Assembly (NCBI GenBank): GCA_963769935.1
Contig: CAVYNY010000020.1
Span: forward strand, 448,001-512,000
DNA: 64,000 nucleotides
Source of the DNA: an uncultured delta proteobacterium
Lineage (GTDB): Bacteria > Desulfobacterota > Desulfobacteria > Desulfobacterales > JAFDCJ01
Reading direction: 5' to 3'
Below, in pieces: positions 60,893-64,000 of the stretch. Numbering within the stretch: the first letter of the stretch is position 1; every line of letters begins with the position of its first letter. The translations under genes were made by a program, and so were the position numbers. The notes beneath the pieces were generated by a model. It did not search any database. It was given only the letters and a program-made list of their open reading frames with translations, and was not told the origin of the DNA.

Positions 60893-60978
60893 CAGGGCTT
60901 CAGGTGTCAGGTGTCAGGTTTCAGGAAAGTTGCGTCAATTATAACTTTGGCTCTTATACCTGACACCTGAACCCTGAA
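60893..60978. repeat. Inverted heptamer-array element between aprA and qmoA
   Basis: TCAGGTG/TCAGGTG/TCAGGTT array and inverted CCTGACA/CCTGAAC/CCTGAAG. Confidence 0.8.
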
Positions 60979-61019
60979 GTCAAAAACGTTTGAAACCCTA
61001 ATCGACACGGAGAAATAAC

Positions 61020-62297
61020 ATGACAGAAGAAAAAGCAACCCCCAGCAGCGATACCATCTTAGTCGTCGGCGGAGGTATCAGCGGTCTGACTACGGCCCTG
61101 GAAGCCGCCGAAGTGGGGTATGAAGTTCTCTTAGTGGAGAAAAATCCTTATCTGGGAGGACGGGTAGCTCAACTCAATCAATACTTTCCCAAGCTATGCC
61201 CTCCGACCTGCGGGCTCGAGATTAATTTCAGGCGCATCAAGGATAATCCAAGAGTAAAAGTCCTAACCCTGGCGGAAGTTGAAAAAGTCGAAGGCGGCCC
61301 CGGCAACTACAATGTCGCGATCAAGGTAAATCCCCGCTATGTCAATGAGAACTGCACCTGCTGCGGGGAATGTGCCGCGGCCTGCCGGACTGAGATTGAC
61401 AGCGCGTATGATTTCGGCCTGAAGAAAATCAAAGGCGCGTATTTGCCGTTTGAGATGGCGTTTCCGTCGCGTTTCGTGATTTCGCCTGAAATTATCGGTA
61501 CCGAGGACGCCCAGCGGGCCAAAGACGCCTGCAAGTATGATGCGGTCGACCTGACCATGGAAGCCAAAACGCTGAATATGAACGTGGGATCCATCGTCTG
61601 GGCCACCGGTTGGCAACCCTATGATGCCACCAAAATGGACAATCTCGGCTTCGGGCAGTATCCGAATATTGTCACCAACATGATGATGGAGCGGCTGGCG
61701 GCCCCCAACGGTCCGACCAAGGGTAAAATCCTGCGCCCATCCGATGACAAGGAACCCGCCAGCATAGCATTTGTCCAGTGTGCCGGCTCCCGGGACGAGA
61801 ATTATCTGCCTTACTGTTCATACATCTGCTGTATGGCTTCTTTGAAACAGGCCACCTATGTTCGCGAACGATATCCGGAGGCCAAAATATATGTGTTTTA
61901 CATCGACCTGAGAACACCGGGCTATCGTTATGAGCGGTTTTACGAGAAGATCAAACAAGACGAAAACATCTTTTTGATCAAAGGCAAGGTGGCGGAGGTC
62001 AGTGAGGATCCAACCAGTAAAAACATCACCGTGGTTGCCGAAAATGCAGTTACGGGCGAAAAGATCCACCAGCAAGTCGAAATGGTTGTTCTGGCCACCG
62101 GTATGCAGCCCACAACCGCGACAAACAAACTGCCGGCCGATCTTAAATACACCCAAGACGGTTTTATCATCAACGATTACGCCGCCGGCGGAATGTTCGG
62201 GGCCGGGTGTGCCGTTAAACCGGCCGACGTGGTTTCGTCCAATCAAAATGCAACCGGTATGGCTTTAAAGGCCATCCAAACTCTGGTGAACAGGTAG
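61020..62297 (+). CDS. qmoA: Quinone-interacting membrane-bound oxidoreductase subunit A (HdrA-like)
   Basis: GGGISG, YFPKLCPP.CG.EIN, QCAGSRD, CSYICCMASLKQ; follows aprA. Confidence 0.95.
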   Translation: MTEEKATPSSDTILVVGGGISGLTTALEAAEVGYEVLLVEKNPYLGGRVAQLNQYFPKLCPPTCGLEINFRRIKDNPRVKVLTLAEVEKVEGGPGNYNVAIKVNPRYVNENCTCCGECAAACRTEIDSAYDFGLKKIKGAYLPFEMAFPSRFVISPEIIGTEDAQRAKDACKYDAVDLTMEAKTLNMNVGSIVWATGWQPYDATKMDNLGFGQYPNIVTNMMMERLAAPNGPTKGKILRPSDDKEPASIAFVQCAGSRDENYLPYCSYICCMASLKQATYVRERYPEAKIYVFYIDLRTPGYRYERFYEKIKQDENIFLIKGKVAEVSEDPTSKNITVVAENAVTGEKIHQQVEMVVLATGMQPTTATNKLPADLKYTQDGFIINDYAAGGMFGAGCAVKPADVVSSNQNATGMALKAIQTLVNR

Positions 62298-62307
62298 GAG
62301 GATTTCC

Positions 62308-64000
62308 ATGGATAAAAAGTATGGTGTTTATATCTGCGAGGGTTGTGGAATCGGAGAGGCCCTGGATATCGAGAAGCTTTGCGAGGTGCCTAAAGAGGAG
62401 GGGTTCCCGGTTAAAACCTGTCCGATACTTTGCGGCAAAGAAGGGGTTGAACTGCTGAAGTCCGATATCGCCGAGGGCGTCAACACCTTGGTCATCGCCG
62501 CCTGTTCCCGCCGGGTACTGTATGATGTCTTCCGGTTTGACGGCTGCATTGTGGACCGGGTCAACCTCAGAGAGCAGGTGGTCTGGACGCATCCCCGGTC
62601 GACGTATCCGGCGCCCACCGAAGAGCAAAAGGCTGACGAGCAATTCATCGATCATGTCCAGTTGCTGGCCGCAGATTATCTCAAGATGGGCATGGCCCGG
62701 GTGGCAAAAGTCGCTCTGCCCGAACCTTATAAACTTGATACGTTTAACAGAAATATACTGGTTATCGGCGGCGGCATCAGCGGCATTACCGCCGCCATCG
62801 AGGCCGCCAAGACGGGCTACGACGTGACCATCGTCGAAAAAGAATCCGCCCTGGGCGGCAGGGCGAAGACCTGGCGCAAACAGCTGCCCGGTGCTTATCC
62901 CTATGAAGAGCTGATTTCACCGACCATCGAAGCTAAAATCAGCGAACTCAAAGGCTACGCCAAGGTCACGGTCAAAACCGACGCGGTTGTCGCGCGGATT
63001 GCCGGTGAACCGGGCAACTTTACCGTTACCCTGAAAAAACCCGGCGAAAAAATCGAATTCGACGTACCCTATCCGCTGCCCGAAGAGATGAAGGTCGATG
63101 ACAAGGGCAAGGAGCTGAATGCCGAACAGCTGCATCAGAAGTTCATGGAGTACAACCAGGGCAGGCAGGACATCTTAACCTTTGATCCGGATGGTGAAAA
63201 GTTCGGGGCCGTGATTCTGACGGCCGGCTGGCGACCCTATATACCAAAAGAAGGGGAAATGGCCCATCTTGGATACGGACAGTTCGCCGATGTGGTGACC
63301 AACCACCAGTTTGAAGAGATCGCGGCCGCCGGCCAAATTACCCGCCCCTCGGACGGCCAAGAAGCCAAATCGGTGGTCTTTATCCAAAGCCCGGGACAGG
63401 GAGATGACAAGGACTTTGCCTATACCGGTGCCGTGACCAGCATGGTGGCGCTCAAGCAGGCCAAGTATGTCCGAGAGGATTATGACGACGCCAAAGCCTA
63501 TGTGTTCTATCAGCACATGCGCACGGTCGGACTGACCGAAAATTTCTACAAAAATATTCAGCAGGATCCGGGCATTTTTATGACCAAAGGCGAAGTGACC
63601 AAGGTTTCTAAAAACGGCAACGGTCTGATCGTGGAAGCCGACAATACCCTGCTGGGCGAGAAGGTCCAGGTCAAAGCCGACCTGGTGGTGCTGGCAACCG
63701 GTATGGTTCCGGTAACCAAAGATGATCCGGTCGTCAACCTGGCCTACCGTCAGGGACCCGGATTCCGGGATAACGCCCTTTTCGATGACTATGCCGATTC
63801 CAACTACATCTGCTTTCCCTATGAAACCCAGCGTACCGGCATTTATGCGGCCGGCGCAATCCGGCGCAGCATGAGCGTGGAGGAATCCATCGAGGACGCC
63901 ACCGGCGCGACTTTAAAGGCCATTCAATGCCTGGAATCGGTCAATCGCGGTGTCTCCGTTCACCCGCGATCCGGCGACATGACTTTCCCCGACTTTTTCT
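62308..64000 (+). CDS. qmoB: Qmo subunit B (partial, runs off the window)
   Basis: ATG 62308 after AGGAGG; YIC.GCGIG, IAACSRR, GGGISG, DSNYICFPYETQRTGIYAAG, HPRSGD in frame at window end. Confidence 0.93.
   Translation, partial: MDKKYGVYICEGCGIGEALDIEKLCEVPKEEGFPVKTCPILCGKEGVELLKSDIAEGVNTLVIAACSRRVLYDVFRFDGCIVDRVNLREQVVWTHPRSTYPAPTEEQKADEQFIDHVQLLAADYLKMGMARVAKVALPEPYKLDTFNRNILVIGGGISGITAAIEAAKTGYDVTIVEKESALGGRAKTWRKQLPGAYPYEELISPTIEAKISELKGYAKVTVKTDAVVARIAGEPGNFTVTLKKPGEKIEFDVPYPLPEEMKVDDKGKELNAEQLHQKFMEYNQGRQDILTFDPDGEKFGAVILTAGWRPYIPKEGEMAHLGYGQFADVVTNHQFEEIAAAGQITRPSDGQEAKSVVFIQSPGQGDDKDFAYTGAVTSMVALKQAKYVREDYDDAKAYVFYQHMRTVGLTENFYKNIQQDPGIFMTKGEVTKVSKNGNGLIVEADNTLLGEKVQVKADLVVLATGMVPVTKDDPVVNLAYRQGPGFRDNALFDDYADSNYICFPYETQRTGIYAAGAIRRSMSVEESIEDATGATLKAIQCLESVNRGVSVHPRSGDMTFPDFF

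Noticed and set aside
61020..64000. Selenocysteine recoding in HdrA-like qmoA/qmoB
   Set aside because: No in-frame TGA seen; qmoA is a full ORF and qmoB is in frame at the window end

Overview
Chromosomal window from a dissimilatory sulfate-reducing deltaproteobacterium (Desulfobacterales-like, inferred from gene content): aprBA-qmoAB at the right end, and long translation operons (infC-rpmI-rplT-pheST-merR-tRNA-Gly; rimP-nusA-infB-ylxP-rbfA-nrnA-truB-rpsO-pnp). Accessory parts: (1) a dead integron at ~3.8-8.9 kb (truncated, frameshifted intI; eroded attC sites; cassettes higBA remnant, hicAB, ridA, vapBC, doxX, rsgA); (2) a signalling cluster at 13-20 kb (Zn-ribbon HDOD, RelA/SpoT-type HD hydrolase, 1420-aa GGDEF-STAND ATPase-HEAT protein); (3) an AT-rich ~6.9-kb island (20926-27839) bounded by a duplicated 3' end of a metallo-beta-lactamase-fold gene. 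It encodes SiaB/SiaC-like partner-switch proteins, a PhcB-like SAM methyltransferase, a membrane PP2C phosphatase and a hybrid kinase with related membrane sensor domains, and is my best candidate for an undescribed small-molecule signalling system; its three long genes carry frameshifts. Many intergenic regions hold elements built of inverted 7/8/9-bp tandem arrays, some with nested mini-insertions. Tandem NrdR-like boxes lie upstream of aprBA. All calls are from motif recognition by eye; no searches were run.
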